Source: Candidatus Curtissbacteria bacterium
GTDB taxonomy: Bacteria > Patescibacteriota > Microgenomatia > Curtissbacterales > GWA2-41-24
Length of the DNA stretch: 64,000 bases
Assembly (NCBI GenBank): GCA_024654445.1
Contig: JANLHP010000026.1
Location: 16,733 to 80,732 of the forward strand
Reading direction: 5' to 3'
In this document: positions 18,598 to 28,783 of the stretch, piece after piece
Layout: the number at the start of each line of letters is the position of its first letter
Numbering within the stretch: the first letter of the stretch is position 1
Program-made: the position numbers and the translations under genes
The notes under the pieces: generated by a model
Seen by the model: only the letters and a program-made list of their open reading frames with translations
What the model was told of the DNA's origin: nothing
Database searches by the model: none

Positions 18598-20133
18598 ATG
18601 ACTTTTAAGAAAATTGCTGTTTTTTTGCTGGTTTTTATAGCTTCGGCGTCACTGCTGATTCTTGGTATCAAGGGTAAAAGTGGAGACCCAGTTTTTTATC
18701 AATCAGAAGTCCAAACAGATAAAAATATTGGAGGCCCATTTGAATCTTCCAGCAGCAATTCTAGGTTTGCACTTGTAGAATCAATCGCAAAAGAAAGAAC
18801 CTTCTTCTTCAACGAGGAGAGAGCCTATTTTGCGGCGCCCGACCTAGTTTCTTATAACGGTACTTTCTTTTCTATTTTTACACCTGGAGTCTCTTTTCTT
18901 GGAGTACCTCTGTACCTGCTGGGAGCAAAAATCGGCTTTGCCCAGCTTGCGACATATTCTCTCAACATAATAGCAGGACTCTTGAATATATTTTTAGTCT
19001 ACAAGCTATCAAGAAAATTAGGCGCCGGGGCTTACAGCTCATTATTCTCAGGGACAGCATTTGTCTTTGCGACCCACGCCCTTGTATACGCCTTTACCTT
19101 AAGCCAGCACCACATTAGTACTGCCTTAATCTTATTTGCAATTCTAAACGCTATAGGTAAAAGAACTTTAGTAAAAGACATAACACTTGGTGCTGCTTTT
19201 GGATTAGGAATATTGATGGATATTCCTAATGTTTTCATGATGGCGCCAGTCATTCTTTATGCCTTCTCAAGAAGTATCAAGGTAGAAGACTTAGGAGAGA
19301 AAACAAAACTAGTAGTTAAACTAACAGTTTTGAGTTTCCTAATAGGCGTGATTCCTTTTCTGGCAACTTTTAGCTGGTATAACTACAAACTTACTGGCTC
19401 ATACCTCAAAATAGGCCAACTTATAGGCAGATCCGACTTTCCTGTAAAGGAAGAAAACAAAGCAACGCTAGTAATAGATCAAGAATCAAGCGAGCTGAGG
19501 TTATTAGAAGTGCCGTTTAACCCAAGAAGAATGTTGGAAGGCTTACCTCTTCTTATTGCAAGCAATGAAAGAGGAATACTCTTTTATAGCCCAATCACGG
19601 CATTTGGAATAGCCGGCCTTATCCTGGCAGTCAAATCCAAAAATCAACAACAGAAAACAGCAAGTACACTTGCAAGTTCCGTCATTTTTTCAAACCTTCT
19701 AATTTACGGTATGTTTGGTGATCCTTGGGGTGGTTGGTCTTTTGGCCCTAGGTATCTGGTTCCAACAGCAGCAATTCTTTGTGCTGGAATTGGCCCAATA
19801 ATTGAAAGATTTAAAAGAAAAATTATTTTTCTTATACTTTTGGCGCTCATTACTACCTACAGCATCTTTGTTAATACCCTCGGAGCGCTAACTTCTACAC
19901 AAGTACCCCCTAAGGTTGAAGCACAAGCCTTGCAAAATCCAATACCTCATACATATATTTACAATTGGCATCTCACTGAAAATAAATTCTCAGGCTCCTT
20001 AATCTACAATCTCTATTTTTCAAATATAATCCCAGCTCAAATTTATTTACTTCTGTTCTCCAGCCTATCCCTATTTTTTATGGTTTTAATATTTTCTGCA
20101 GCATATAAAGAAAAACCTATCATAGACAAATGA
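18598..20133 (+). CDS. polytopic membrane protein, GT-C-fold glycosyltransferase-like
   Basis: >10 predicted TM segments with an extracytoplasmic loop after TM1. Sits among polyprenol-P-sugar synthases. Confidence 0.45.
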   Translation: MTFKKIAVFLLVFIASASLLILGIKGKSGDPVFYQSEVQTDKNIGGPFESSSSNSRFALVESIAKERTFFFNEERAYFAAPDLVSYNGTFFSIFTPGVSFLGVPLYLLGAKIGFAQLATYSLNIIAGLLNIFLVYKLSRKLGAGAYSSLFSGTAFVFATHALVYAFTLSQHHISTALILFAILNAIGKRTLVKDITLGAAFGLGILMDIPNVFMMAPVILYAFSRSIKVEDLGEKTKLVVKLTVLSFLIGVIPFLATFSWYNYKLTGSYLKIGQLIGRSDFPVKEENKATLVIDQESSELRLLEVPFNPRRMLEGLPLLIASNERGILFYSPITAFGIAGLILAVKSKNQQQKTASTLASSVIFSNLLIYGMFGDPWGGWSFGPRYLVPTAAILCAGIGPIIERFKRKIIFLILLALITTYSIFVNTLGALTSTQVPPKVEAQALQNPIPHTYIYNWHLTENKFSGSLIYNLYFSNIIPAQIYLLLFSSLSLFFMVLIFSAAYKEKPIIDK

Positions 20134-21740
20134 CAATTAACATACAACTCAACAAACAAAGATTTCAAAAGGTTAAATCATTTTTAATCGAGAAAGACCT
20201 ACTTTTTATAACTATTTTTCTGACGGTAGCTGCCATCATTAGTTTTTTTATCTTTTACACAAGCGGCTTGGCGCTTGCGTACAACGACGCAAGGTCGCAT
20301 TTGGATATAGGCCGTAGAGTCGTAGAAGGCTTAAAACCTGGTATCGCTCAACTGGGATCAGTTTGGTTGCCCCTTCCTCACGTTCTAATGGTTCCGACTA
20401 TTTGGAACGATTTTATGTGGCACACCGGCCTTTCAGGCGCACTCATTTCGATGTTGTCTTTTGTGGGAACGGGAGTTCTTATTTATCTTATTTTAAAAAA
20501 TTTAAATGTAGGACCTTTAGGGAGAATTATCGCTGTTTTAATTTTTGCACTCAACATCAACATTTTGTATTTGCAATCAACTGCGATGACCGAACTCCTC
20601 TTGATATTCACAATGACAGCCGCAGTCTACGATCTCATGCAATGGGCAAAAACAGAAAGAATCGTATACGTAATAAGGTCATCTTTTTGGATAATGCTCT
20701 CAACTCTTGTTCGATATGACGGTTGGTTTCTCCTCATCTTCAGCGCTTTTATTATTGCAATTTTGCTTATAAAAAGTAGGGGATATAAAGTCACAGAAGG
20801 AACATTGATACTTTTTCTGACTCTGGGTGGATTCGGTATATTCCTTTGGGTTGTTTGGAATCTTCTTATTTTTGGAGATCCCTTATATTTCGCTTTCGGT
20901 CCTTTTTCCGCTAGAGCCCAGCAATCACAGCTTGAAGAAGCGGGAGTCCTTTCCACCAAAGGAAACATACTCTTCTCATTAAAAATGTACCTTTACGCGA
21001 TGGTTTACAACACCGGCGCATTCCAGGCAATTACAGGATTTGTAGGAGCCATCGTTTTATGGATGGATAAAAACACAAAGACGAGTGTACGAATAGCAAG
21101 CAGTGCATTAATGGCACCATTTCTTTTTAACGTCCTTGCTTTGTTCATGGGACATTCAGTCCTCTTCATTCAGGGTCTTTCGGGAAATACTTGGTTTAAC
21201 GTCAGGTATGGCGCAATGATGATTCCGACCGTGGCCGTGTTCACCGGGTATTTAATTTCCAAAGTCAAAGGTTTGAGGTATACTATCGCTGGACTATTTA
21301 TTGCTGTAACGTTTTTTGCTTTCGCAAATGTGGATGCGGTAACCATAGATGATGCGAGAGTTGGAAGCAGTCAGAAAAACGTCTCCGAAGTTAGTAGTTG
21401 GCTAAAACAAAATACCGAAGACGAGCCCGGCTTCATCTTGATATCGGCAGCTTCGCACGATGCCATAATTTTTTCCTCAGGTCTTCCAATGAAGAAATAT
21501 ATACATGAGGGAACCGGAGCTTACTGGGAAAGCGCAACCACATCTCCCGACAGGTGGGCAAAATGGATAGTGATGAGGACAAACGACACTAACGATTTGG
21601 CATTTAAATTGACACAAGAATCTGGACAGCTCGAAAAATATAACAAAGTCCAAAGTTTCCCGTTTGCAGACATTTACGAACTCAAGCGAGAGTATTGGCA
21701 ACAAGTAAATACAACACCAACATTAGGCAAACAAAAATGA
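20130..21740 (+). CDS. polytopic membrane protein, GT-C-like, with C-terminal soluble domain
   Basis: Multi-TM N-terminal ~400 aa followed by a hydrophilic ~130-aa tail. ATGA overlap with upstream gene. Confidence 0.4.
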   Translation: MTINIQLNKQRFQKVKSFLIEKDLLFITIFLTVAAIISFFIFYTSGLALAYNDARSHLDIGRRVVEGLKPGIAQLGSVWLPLPHVLMVPTIWNDFMWHTGLSGALISMLSFVGTGVLIYLILKNLNVGPLGRIIAVLIFALNINILYLQSTAMTELLLIFTMTAAVYDLMQWAKTERIVYVIRSSFWIMLSTLVRYDGWFLLIFSAFIIAILLIKSRGYKVTEGTLILFLTLGGFGIFLWVVWNLLIFGDPLYFAFGPFSARAQQSQLEEAGVLSTKGNILFSLKMYLYAMVYNTGAFQAITGFVGAIVLWMDKNTKTSVRIASSALMAPFLFNVLALFMGHSVLFIQGLSGNTWFNVRYGAMMIPTVAVFTGYLISKVKGLRYTIAGLFIAVTFFAFANVDAVTIDDARVGSSQKNVSEVSSWLKQNTEDEPGFILISAASHDAIIFSSGLPMKKYIHEGTGAYWESATTSPDRWAKWIVMRTNDTNDLAFKLTQESGQLEKYNKVQSFPFADIYELKREYWQQVNTTPTLGKQK

Positions 21741-22732
21741 AAAAAATAATTTTAATTATTGTAGTTTTGTTATCAGCAATGTTTATATTTAAACTTGCCG
21801 ACAAAAAAAGCAGTTTACCAACTTCTCCTCAAGTAAATAAAAGAATCTGGGAGATAAAATCAATCGATACGATGAAGTATTCCAGAGATCTTTCCGCAGA
21901 AAAGCTTAACGACCCGACATTCAACAACCACATCGATGCCCACATAAAAATTATCAAAGATACCGGAGCAACACATGTTGCAATTGCCACCCCCTACGAC
22001 GATAGATTCAACTCGGTTCTAAGACGTTGGGTATCGGTTGCAAGAAAATACGACCTCAACATCTGGTTCCGTGGCAATTTTTCCGGATGGGAGGGGTGGT
22101 TTGGTGAAGGCAGGAATAGTATTACGAGAGATCAACACTTGAGTATGACCAGGTCTTTTATCAAAAACAATGCGGATTTATTTAAAGATGGTGACGTGTT
22201 TAGTCCTTGCCCCGAATGTGAAAATGGCGGTCCCGGTGACCCCAGGTTCCAAACGAATGTTGCCGACTACAGAAAATTCTTAATCGCAGAACGAAACGCC
22301 TCCCTCGAGGAGTTCAAGAGTATTGATAAAGACATTACTGTTCTAGATTCTATGAATTTTGATGTCGCAAAACTCATAATGGACAAAGAAACAGCACAAG
22401 CGATGGGCAACATCATAGTTATAGATCATTATGTAGAATCGCCCGAAAGGTTAGCGCGGGATATAGACGAACTTCATAAAACTACCGGTGCCAAAGTTTT
22501 CTTGGGTGAATTTGGAGCGCCTATTCCAGATATACACGGAAACTTAACAGAAGAAGAGCAGGCACAATGGATCGAGCAGGCACTAAACCTAATTAGGAAT
22601 AAACAGCATTTAATAGGCTTAAATTACTGGGTGGCGATTGGGGGATCAACCGCGATATACAACGAAGAATTAGCGCCAAAACCTGCAGCAGAGATATTAA
22701 AGAAATTTTTTAAGCTAGATAGTCTTAACTAG
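21737..22732 (+). CDS. secreted/anchored protein, putative TIM-barrel glycoside hydrolase (weak)
   Basis: N-terminal signal/TM MKKIILIIVVLLSAMFIF. FLGEFGAPIP is reminiscent of a GH-A nucleophile region, but no clear acid/base motif. ATG at 21737 forms an ATGA overlap. Confidence 0.3.
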   Translation: MKKIILIIVVLLSAMFIFKLADKKSSLPTSPQVNKRIWEIKSIDTMKYSRDLSAEKLNDPTFNNHIDAHIKIIKDTGATHVAIATPYDDRFNSVLRRWVSVARKYDLNIWFRGNFSGWEGWFGEGRNSITRDQHLSMTRSFIKNNADLFKDGDVFSPCPECENGGPGDPRFQTNVADYRKFLIAERNASLEEFKSIDKDITVLDSMNFDVAKLIMDKETAQAMGNIIVIDHYVESPERLARDIDELHKTTGAKVFLGEFGAPIPDIHGNLTEEEQAQWIEQALNLIRNKQHLIGLNYWVAIGGSTAIYNEELAPKPAAEILKKFFKLDSLN

Positions 22733-22859
22733 CTCTACATAATATAAGAAAGTATCTTCAATATTTCCTTACGAATTAGGTTGAAGCTAAAAGAGTAATT
22801 AAGATAAATCAGCAGATTCGCCTTGACACAATTCAATCGTCAGGAAAATGATTTAGCGA

Positions 22860-23110
22860 TTCGAATCAGTAAAGCAAAAACTAACAAGTGTCATTCTCGC
22901 GAAAGCGAGAGTCTGATCCTCAATATACAGAGCCCCTTCAACAATTCAGGGCCATGGCATGCGGTCCTCGCCCTTCGGGCTGCTGGCTGTGTATATTCCT
23001 CATCAGCTGGAAGCTGACGCTGCCTGCTGATATATCTTCCTTTTGTAAAAAAACAAAAGCGACATATATATCTTCCTCGCTTCGCGAGCGATATTTTCTT
23101 TTCAGAAAAG
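22860..23110. ncRNA. candidate structured non-coding RNA (family undetermined)
   Basis: Locally GC-rich (~50%) segment in an AT-rich genome. Open in several frames on both strands, as expected for a non-coding GC-rich stretch. Contains three tetraloop hairpins: ctcgcGAAAgcgag, gcccTTCGggc, tcgcTTCGcga. Confidence 0.3.
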
Positions 23111-23153
23111 TAGATTGTCCGAAGGGCAAGGCTGATATATAATAAACAGATCA

Positions 23154-23906
23154 ATGAAAGGTGTAATTTTAGCAGGCGGCTTAGGCACAAGGCTTTACCC
23201 ACTCACCCACGCAACGAACAAGCATTTGCTCCCCGTCTTTGACCAGCCGATGGTCTATTATCCAATTCAAACTCTCGTTAGTGCGGGAATAACAGATATT
23301 CTTGTTGTCATTGGTGGCCCTCACGCGGGAGATTTTATTAGAGTTCTACAAAACGGAAAGGATTTCGGGATTCGTCACCTGGAATACGCGTACCAAAATA
23401 GCGGCGATGGGGGAATAGCTGATGCCTTAAGGCTAGCGCAAGATTTTGCTGACAAAGATTCAATCACTGTCATACTTGGAGATAACTGCACAGATACGGA
23501 TATTTCAAAAGAAGTTCAAGATTTCAAAGAAGGCGCTGTAGTTTTCTTAAAAGAAGTTCCAGATCCAGAAAGGTTTGGTATCGCAGAGCTTTCAAAAGAC
23601 AAGTCCGCTGTTCTTGGAATTGAAGAAAAACCTAAAAATCCAAAAAGCAATCTTGCGGTAACCGGTCTTTACATCTATGATTCCGAAGTTTTTCATCATA
23701 TTAAAAACATTAAACCATCTACAAGGGGACAGCTGGAAATAACAGACGTCAACAACATATATATAAAGGAAGGTACTCTCCGTTGGGCAGAGTTAAAAGG
23801 ATTTTGGTCCGATGCGGGTACTTTTGACAGTCTTTACAAAACAAATGTATTCTGGGCCAGGAAAAGCCTAGGTAAAAAAGAGGAAAAGGAACTCACAGAT
23901 TTTTAG
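23154..23906 (+). CDS. rmlA: glucose-1-phosphate thymidylyltransferase-like sugar nucleotidyltransferase
   Basis: MKGVILAGGLGTRLYPLTHATNKHLLPV...; short (250 aa) form. Followed by rmlB, rmlC and rmlD. Confidence 0.7.
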   Translation: MKGVILAGGLGTRLYPLTHATNKHLLPVFDQPMVYYPIQTLVSAGITDILVVIGGPHAGDFIRVLQNGKDFGIRHLEYAYQNSGDGGIADALRLAQDFADKDSITVILGDNCTDTDISKEVQDFKEGAVVFLKEVPDPERFGIAELSKDKSAVLGIEEKPKNPKSNLAVTGLYIYDSEVFHHIKNIKPSTRGQLEITDVNNIYIKEGTLRWAELKGFWSDAGTFDSLYKTNVFWARKSLGKKEEKELTDF

Positions 23907-23983
23907 TCGAAATAAGTTAATTGGTTGACTAAGTTAATTGAGTTAACTTTACTAACCGATCAACTTAATTAACTTAATTAACT

Positions 23984-24994
23984 ATGAAAATCTTAGTCAC
24001 AGGCGGAGCCGGATTCATCGGTGCCAACTTCATACTTTACTGGCTTAAAAACCACCCTCAAGACGAAATAATAAACTACGATAAGCTTACTTATTCAGGC
24101 AATCTAGAAAACTTAGAAGACGTTGAAAACTCCCCTAATTACAAATTCGTAAAAGGCGATATTGGAGACGCATCCCAAATCAGAGAAGCCCTCGAAGGCG
24201 TAGATACTCTTGTTAATTTCGCGGCAGAAAGCCACGTTGATAGATCTATACTTGATCCTTCACCATTCATCATTACAAACGTAGTCGGCACACAGGTTCT
24301 TTTAGACGCCGCATTGGACGCTAAAATTAAAAGGTTCCATCATATTTCTACAGATGAAGTCTTTGGCGCTTTAGAACTTGATACAGAGGAAAAGTTTACG
24401 GAGGAAACACTCTATAATCCCCGCAGCCCTTACGCAGCTTCCAAGGCTGCATCCGACCACCTTGTAAGAGCTTACCACTACACGTACGACCTGCCAATAA
24501 CAATAACAAATTGTGCAAACAATTTTGGCCCCTACCATTATCCAGAAAAATTTATTCCTCTTGCCATCACAAATCTACTTGAAGGCAAAAAAGTGCCAGT
24601 CTATGGCGACGGTCTTTATGTCAGAGAGTGGCTTTATGTTGAAGACCACTGTAGCGGCATAGAAAAAGTTCTAGAAGACGGGAAAATTGGTGAAACTTAT
24701 TGTATTGGAATAGATATGGATATTCCCAATATAGAAGTAATAAAAAAGATCCTAAAAATCCTAAATATGAAAGACGACATGATAGAGTATGTAAAGGACA
24801 GGCCTGGACATGATAGAAGATACGCGATAGACGCAACCAAAATAAAAAAAGAACTTGGGTGGGAAGCTAAATATACTTTTGAAAAAGCCCTCGAACTTAC
24901 CGTAAAGTGGTTCCAGGAACACGAACAGTGGTGGAAAAAGCTCAAGGATAAAAATTTCGAAGATTATTACAACAAACAATATAAAACAAGATGA
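23984..24994 (+). CDS. rmlB: dTDP-glucose 4,6-dehydratase
   Basis: MKILVTGGAGFIGANF...YxxxK (YAASKAASD)...CANNFGPYHYPEKFIPL. Confidence 0.85.
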   Translation: MKILVTGGAGFIGANFILYWLKNHPQDEIINYDKLTYSGNLENLEDVENSPNYKFVKGDIGDASQIREALEGVDTLVNFAAESHVDRSILDPSPFIITNVVGTQVLLDAALDAKIKRFHHISTDEVFGALELDTEEKFTEETLYNPRSPYAASKAASDHLVRAYHYTYDLPITITNCANNFGPYHYPEKFIPLAITNLLEGKKVPVYGDGLYVREWLYVEDHCSGIEKVLEDGKIGETYCIGIDMDIPNIEVIKKILKILNMKDDMIEYVKDRPGHDRRYAIDATKIKKELGWEAKYTFEKALELTVKWFQEHEQWWKKLKDKNFEDYYNKQYKTR

Positions 24995-25512
24995 ATTTTA
25001 AGTACTTAGACACAGAAAATCAGGAAGGTCTAATAGATGGAGTTATTCTCAGAAAGTTAATAATCCACAAAGATGAATCAGGAAGCCTTGTAGAGACGAT
25101 GAGGCGTGACTGGCAAGACGTTTTAGACGAAAAGGAAATGCCATTTGCAATGCAATACATGTCAATTACGCCACCTGGCTTGGCTCGTGACGAAAACCAA
25201 TGGCATGTTCACAAACATCAATTTGACCGCTTTATTTGCGCTTCGGGCAAAATTGTAACTGCTATTTATGACTCGAGAGAAAATTCTAAAACAAAAGACA
25301 AATTGAACCTTTTTATTATGAGTCCACAAAAAGATGAAGAAATGTTTATGGTAGTGATACCTAAAGAAACTTACCACGGATTTATGGTAGTTTCAAAAGA
25401 AAATGGTTATCTTCTCAACTTTCCTACCAAACTTTACAACCCTGAAGACGAGGGCCGTATACCAAATAACCAATTTGACTGGAACAAAGTCAGAGAGGAT
25501 TTTGGACTTTGA
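24991..25512 (+). CDS. rmlC: dTDP-4-dehydrorhamnose 3,5-epimerase (cupin)
   Basis: Size ~173 aa. DESGSLVETMRRDW parallels the RmlC DERGFFxE motif. Sits between rmlB and rmlD with an ATGA overlap. Confidence 0.65.
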   Translation: MNFKYLDTENQEGLIDGVILRKLIIHKDESGSLVETMRRDWQDVLDEKEMPFAMQYMSITPPGLARDENQWHVHKHQFDRFICASGKIVTAIYDSRENSKTKDKLNLFIMSPQKDEEMFMVVIPKETYHGFMVVSKENGYLLNFPTKLYNPEDEGRIPNNQFDWNKVREDFGL

Positions 25513-26408
25513 TGAAAGTAGCGATAATTGGCTCAGGTTCCATGATAGCTTCTCAAGTGTCTGAAGATTTAGAGAAAGAGCAAGTAGAGTTAATTAAAGG
25601 GGATCTCAATCAAGATATTAAAATCGATATAACCAATCAAAGCTCAGTCGATTCATTTTTTAAAAACAACCATTTCCAAACTGTAATTTTATTTGCTGCC
25701 TTCACGGATGTAAACGGCGCGGAAGAGCAAAGAAATGATAAAGGCGGCATCTGTTGGAAAATTAACGTTGAAGGGACATCAAATATAGTCAATGCTTGCA
25801 AAAAATACAATAAAAAATTAATTTTCTTTTCTACCGACTTTATTTTCGACGGTAAAAATGGTCCATACGATGAAAAAGAAACTCCGGAGGATAACTTTGA
25901 CGATATCTCCTGGTATGGTATTACTAAAATCGAGGGAGAAAAAATTATCAAAGACTTGCTCGAAGACTTTATAATTTTGAGGATCACTTACCCTTACAGT
26001 CCACGCTCTGAAGGAAAGGGAAACATGCTTACACGACTTATCAATCTCTATAAATCTGGAGAGATGTATCCTCTCTACTTTGATCAACATACAACACCGA
26101 CTTACATTCCTGATATTCCAAAAGCAATCAAAATCTTGTTAGATAAAAATCAAAAAGGAGTATTCCACGTCGCCAGCCCATCCCTTGTCAGCCAATTCGA
26201 TTTTGCAAAATACGCCACAGAATTATCAGGAATATCTGGCCCTAAACAACTAACCCAAAAATCAATATTTTCAGACTTTAAAAATAAAGAATTTGCAAAA
26301 AGACCTGTTTTAGGCGGACTAAAAGTTAGCAAAATAAGGAAATTAGGTTTCTACCCAACAGATTGGAAACAAGGCCTTGAAAAAATATTTAAGGAATCTC
26401 AAAATTAA
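25509..26408 (+). CDS. rmlD: dTDP-4-dehydrorhamnose reductase
   Basis: MKVAIIGSGSMIAS...; C-terminal ...DQHTTPTYIPDIPKAI resembles the RmlD substrate-binding region. Operon context. Confidence 0.6.
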   Translation: MMKVAIIGSGSMIASQVSEDLEKEQVELIKGDLNQDIKIDITNQSSVDSFFKNNHFQTVILFAAFTDVNGAEEQRNDKGGICWKINVEGTSNIVNACKKYNKKLIFFSTDFIFDGKNGPYDEKETPEDNFDDISWYGITKIEGEKIIKDLLEDFIILRITYPYSPRSEGKGNMLTRLINLYKSGEMYPLYFDQHTTPTYIPDIPKAIKILLDKNQKGVFHVASPSLVSQFDFAKYATELSGISGPKQLTQKSIFSDFKNKEFAKRPVLGGLKVSKIRKLGFYPTDWKQGLEKIFKESQN

Positions 26409-26417
26409 CAAAGAGTT

Positions 26418-27719
26418 ATGACTATAACAATCGTCGGTGCAGGATATGTAGGATTGGTTACCGCAGCGGTTTTTTCGGAACTCGGGAACAAAGTTTATTG
26501 TATAGATATTGACCAAAAAAGGATCGAAGGTCTTAAAAGGGGAAAGGTACCTTTCTTTGAACCATCATTGCCTGATTACATCAAAAGGAACATAGACGCC
26601 AAAAGATTATTTTTTACAACTAGCTATAAAGATTCAGTTCCAAAATCAAGTATAGTTCTAATCTGCGTAGGGACACCGCCAAAAGAGAATGGCGAAGCAG
26701 ACCTGTCGTTTCTGTTCAGTTCGGTGGAAGAAACAGCCAAAAACCTTTCTGGCTACACCCTTATTACAATTAAAAGCACCGTTCCCATCGGTTTTGAAGG
26801 GGAATTAGAAGCTACCGTAAAGAAACACGCAAACGCCAGATTTGAATTCGCCTCTTCTCCGGAATTCTTAAGAGAAGGTAGCGCGATAGAGGACACGCTT
26901 CACCCAGACAGAATTGTCATTGGAACGTCGAGTCAAAAAGCTCAAAGATTACTCCTTGAATTACACGCGCCAATTTCTGGTGAAAGAATAGTATGTGACA
27001 TGCGCAGTGCGCAGCTTATTAAATACGCGTCTAACTCTTTCCTTGCTACTAAAATTTCTTTTGCAAACGCTGTCAGTGTTCTCTGTGAAGCAATGGGGGC
27101 CAACGTTGAGAAAGTTATGGAAGGAGTAGGCATGGACAAAAGGATTGGTCGTGCCTTCCTATATCCTGGAGTTGGTTACGGCGGCTCTTGTCTGCCAAAA
27201 GATGTTTTGGCCTTTATCGCTATTGCTAAAAGTTTCGGATACCAATTCGACCTTTTAAAGGCCGTTGACACTATAAATGCGGGACAAATAGAAATGTTTG
27301 TTAATAAAATTGTAGGAGCCGTTTCAAAAGAAAAAGGGTCTAGGAGCCTCGAGGGTATAACTTTGGGAATTCTGGGTCTTGCCTTTAAACCTAATACAGA
27401 CGATATGAGAGAAGCTCCATCTGTAAAAATTATTAAAAAACTCCAAGAATTAGGTGCAAAAGTAACTGCGTACGATCCAGAGGCAGAAGATGCTGCGAAG
27501 AGAATACTTCCCGAACTTAATTACGCGAAAGACGAATATGCCGCTGCGAAAGGGAATGACGCATTAATAATTGTGACCGAATGGCCGCAATTTCGAGAGA
27601 TCGATCTCGAAAGAATAAAAAAACTTCTCAAGGCGCCGGTTATTATAGACGGTAGAAACCTGCTCGATGAAAATAAAGTAAGAAACGCTGGTTTCAAGTA
27701 CGAAGACATTGGCAGATGA
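26418..27719 (+). CDS. ugd: UDP-glucose 6-dehydrogenase family
   Basis: MTITIVGAGYVGLVTAAVFSELGNKVYCIDID...GYGGSCLPKD... Confidence 0.85.
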   Translation: MTITIVGAGYVGLVTAAVFSELGNKVYCIDIDQKRIEGLKRGKVPFFEPSLPDYIKRNIDAKRLFFTTSYKDSVPKSSIVLICVGTPPKENGEADLSFLFSSVEETAKNLSGYTLITIKSTVPIGFEGELEATVKKHANARFEFASSPEFLREGSAIEDTLHPDRIVIGTSSQKAQRLLLELHAPISGERIVCDMRSAQLIKYASNSFLATKISFANAVSVLCEAMGANVEKVMEGVGMDKRIGRAFLYPGVGYGGSCLPKDVLAFIAIAKSFGYQFDLLKAVDTINAGQIEMFVNKIVGAVSKEKGSRSLEGITLGILGLAFKPNTDDMREAPSVKIIKKLQELGAKVTAYDPEAEDAAKRILPELNYAKDEYAAAKGNDALIIVTEWPQFREIDLERIKKLLKAPVIIDGRNLLDENKVRNAGFKYEDIGR

Positions 27720-28705
27720 AAAAAGCGCTAATAACAGGAATCGCAGGTTTTGCTGGAAGTCACTTAGCAGAACTTCTGTTATCTGAAAAATTTGATGTCT
27801 ACGGTTTTTACCATCCGCAGCACTCCACGGAAAATTTAAGATCTATAAAAGACAGTATAAACTTAATAGACTGCGATATCCTAAAAGCAAAATCTACACA
27901 GGAAAAAGTTTTAAAGATTAATCCTGACTTCGTTTTCCATCTCGCCGCTTTTTCGTCGCCCCCCAAAAGCTTTGAAAACCCCGCAGAAACCCTAAATAAC
28001 AACATCGTCGGCCAAATCAATTTGCTTGAGGCACTAGTTAAAATTAAATCAAAAGCAAAAATATTAATTATTGGCTCGTCCGACGAATACGGAATCGTTG
28101 AAGAGAAATATTTGCCAGTCAACGAAGAAACTCCTCTTGCGCCTCTTTCTCCATATGCAGTCTCAAAAATTGCCCAGGACATGCTAGGCTTGCAATATTT
28201 TCTTCATAATAAGCTAAACATCGTAAGGATTCGTCCGTTCAATCATATCGGTCCCCGACAATCGCTCGATTTTGTCGTCCCTTCTTTTGCTTCTCAAATA
28301 GCACAAGTCGAAAAAAAAGGGAAAGGAGTTATGAAGGTCGGCAATCTCGAAAGCTCAAAAGATTTCACAGACGTTAGAGATATGGTTTCAGCTTACCTAC
28401 TCGCTCTCGAGAAAGGAAAAGTGGGAGAAGTTTACAATATAGGTTCAGGCAAAGCCGTCAAAATAAAAGAGATTCTAGACATTCTAATCTCCCTCTCAAC
28501 GGCAACGATAGAAGTAAAACAGGAAAAGAGCAGAGTCAGATCAACAGATTTTAAAACAGTTTACGCTGATTATTCCAAATTCAAAAAAGATACAGGTTGG
28601 CAACCAAGGACTCCACTTTTAAAAACACTTTCTGATACAATTGAATACGAGAGAATTAAGCTCGAAGCGCGAAATTCGAAATCCGAAACAAACCCGAATG
28701 TCTGA
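27716..28705 (+). CDS. rmd: GDP-4-dehydro-6-deoxy-D-mannose reductase (GDP-D-rhamnose forming), SDR
   Basis: ALITGIAGFAGSHL..., SPYAVSKIAQDM, RPFNHIGPRQ, matching Rmd. Immediately upstream of gmd. Confidence 0.7.
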   Translation: MKKALITGIAGFAGSHLAELLLSEKFDVYGFYHPQHSTENLRSIKDSINLIDCDILKAKSTQEKVLKINPDFVFHLAAFSSPPKSFENPAETLNNNIVGQINLLEALVKIKSKAKILIIGSSDEYGIVEEKYLPVNEETPLAPLSPYAVSKIAQDMLGLQYFLHNKLNIVRIRPFNHIGPRQSLDFVVPSFASQIAQVEKKGKGVMKVGNLESSKDFTDVRDMVSAYLLALEKGKVGEVYNIGSGKAVKIKEILDILISLSTATIEVKQEKSRVRSTDFKTVYADYSKFKKDTGWQPRTPLLKTLSDTIEYERIKLEARNSKSETNPNV

Positions 28706-28783
28706 AATTCAAATGTTTCAAACATTCTGAAAATTAGAATTTTGAACATTGTTTCTAATTTCGATATTCGAATTTTAATCATT

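Noticed and set aside
22855-22880. tRNA-like 'GATTCGAATC' T-loop-like string
   Set aside because: No acceptor, D or anticodon stems can be paired around it. Not a tRNA.
22823-23202. Four overlapping 60-100-aa ORFs on both strands in the rmlA-upstream intergenic region
   Set aside because: Mutually overlapping in different frames. Low-complexity translations with no RBS. Openness explained by elevated GC, so interpreted as a non-coding structured region.
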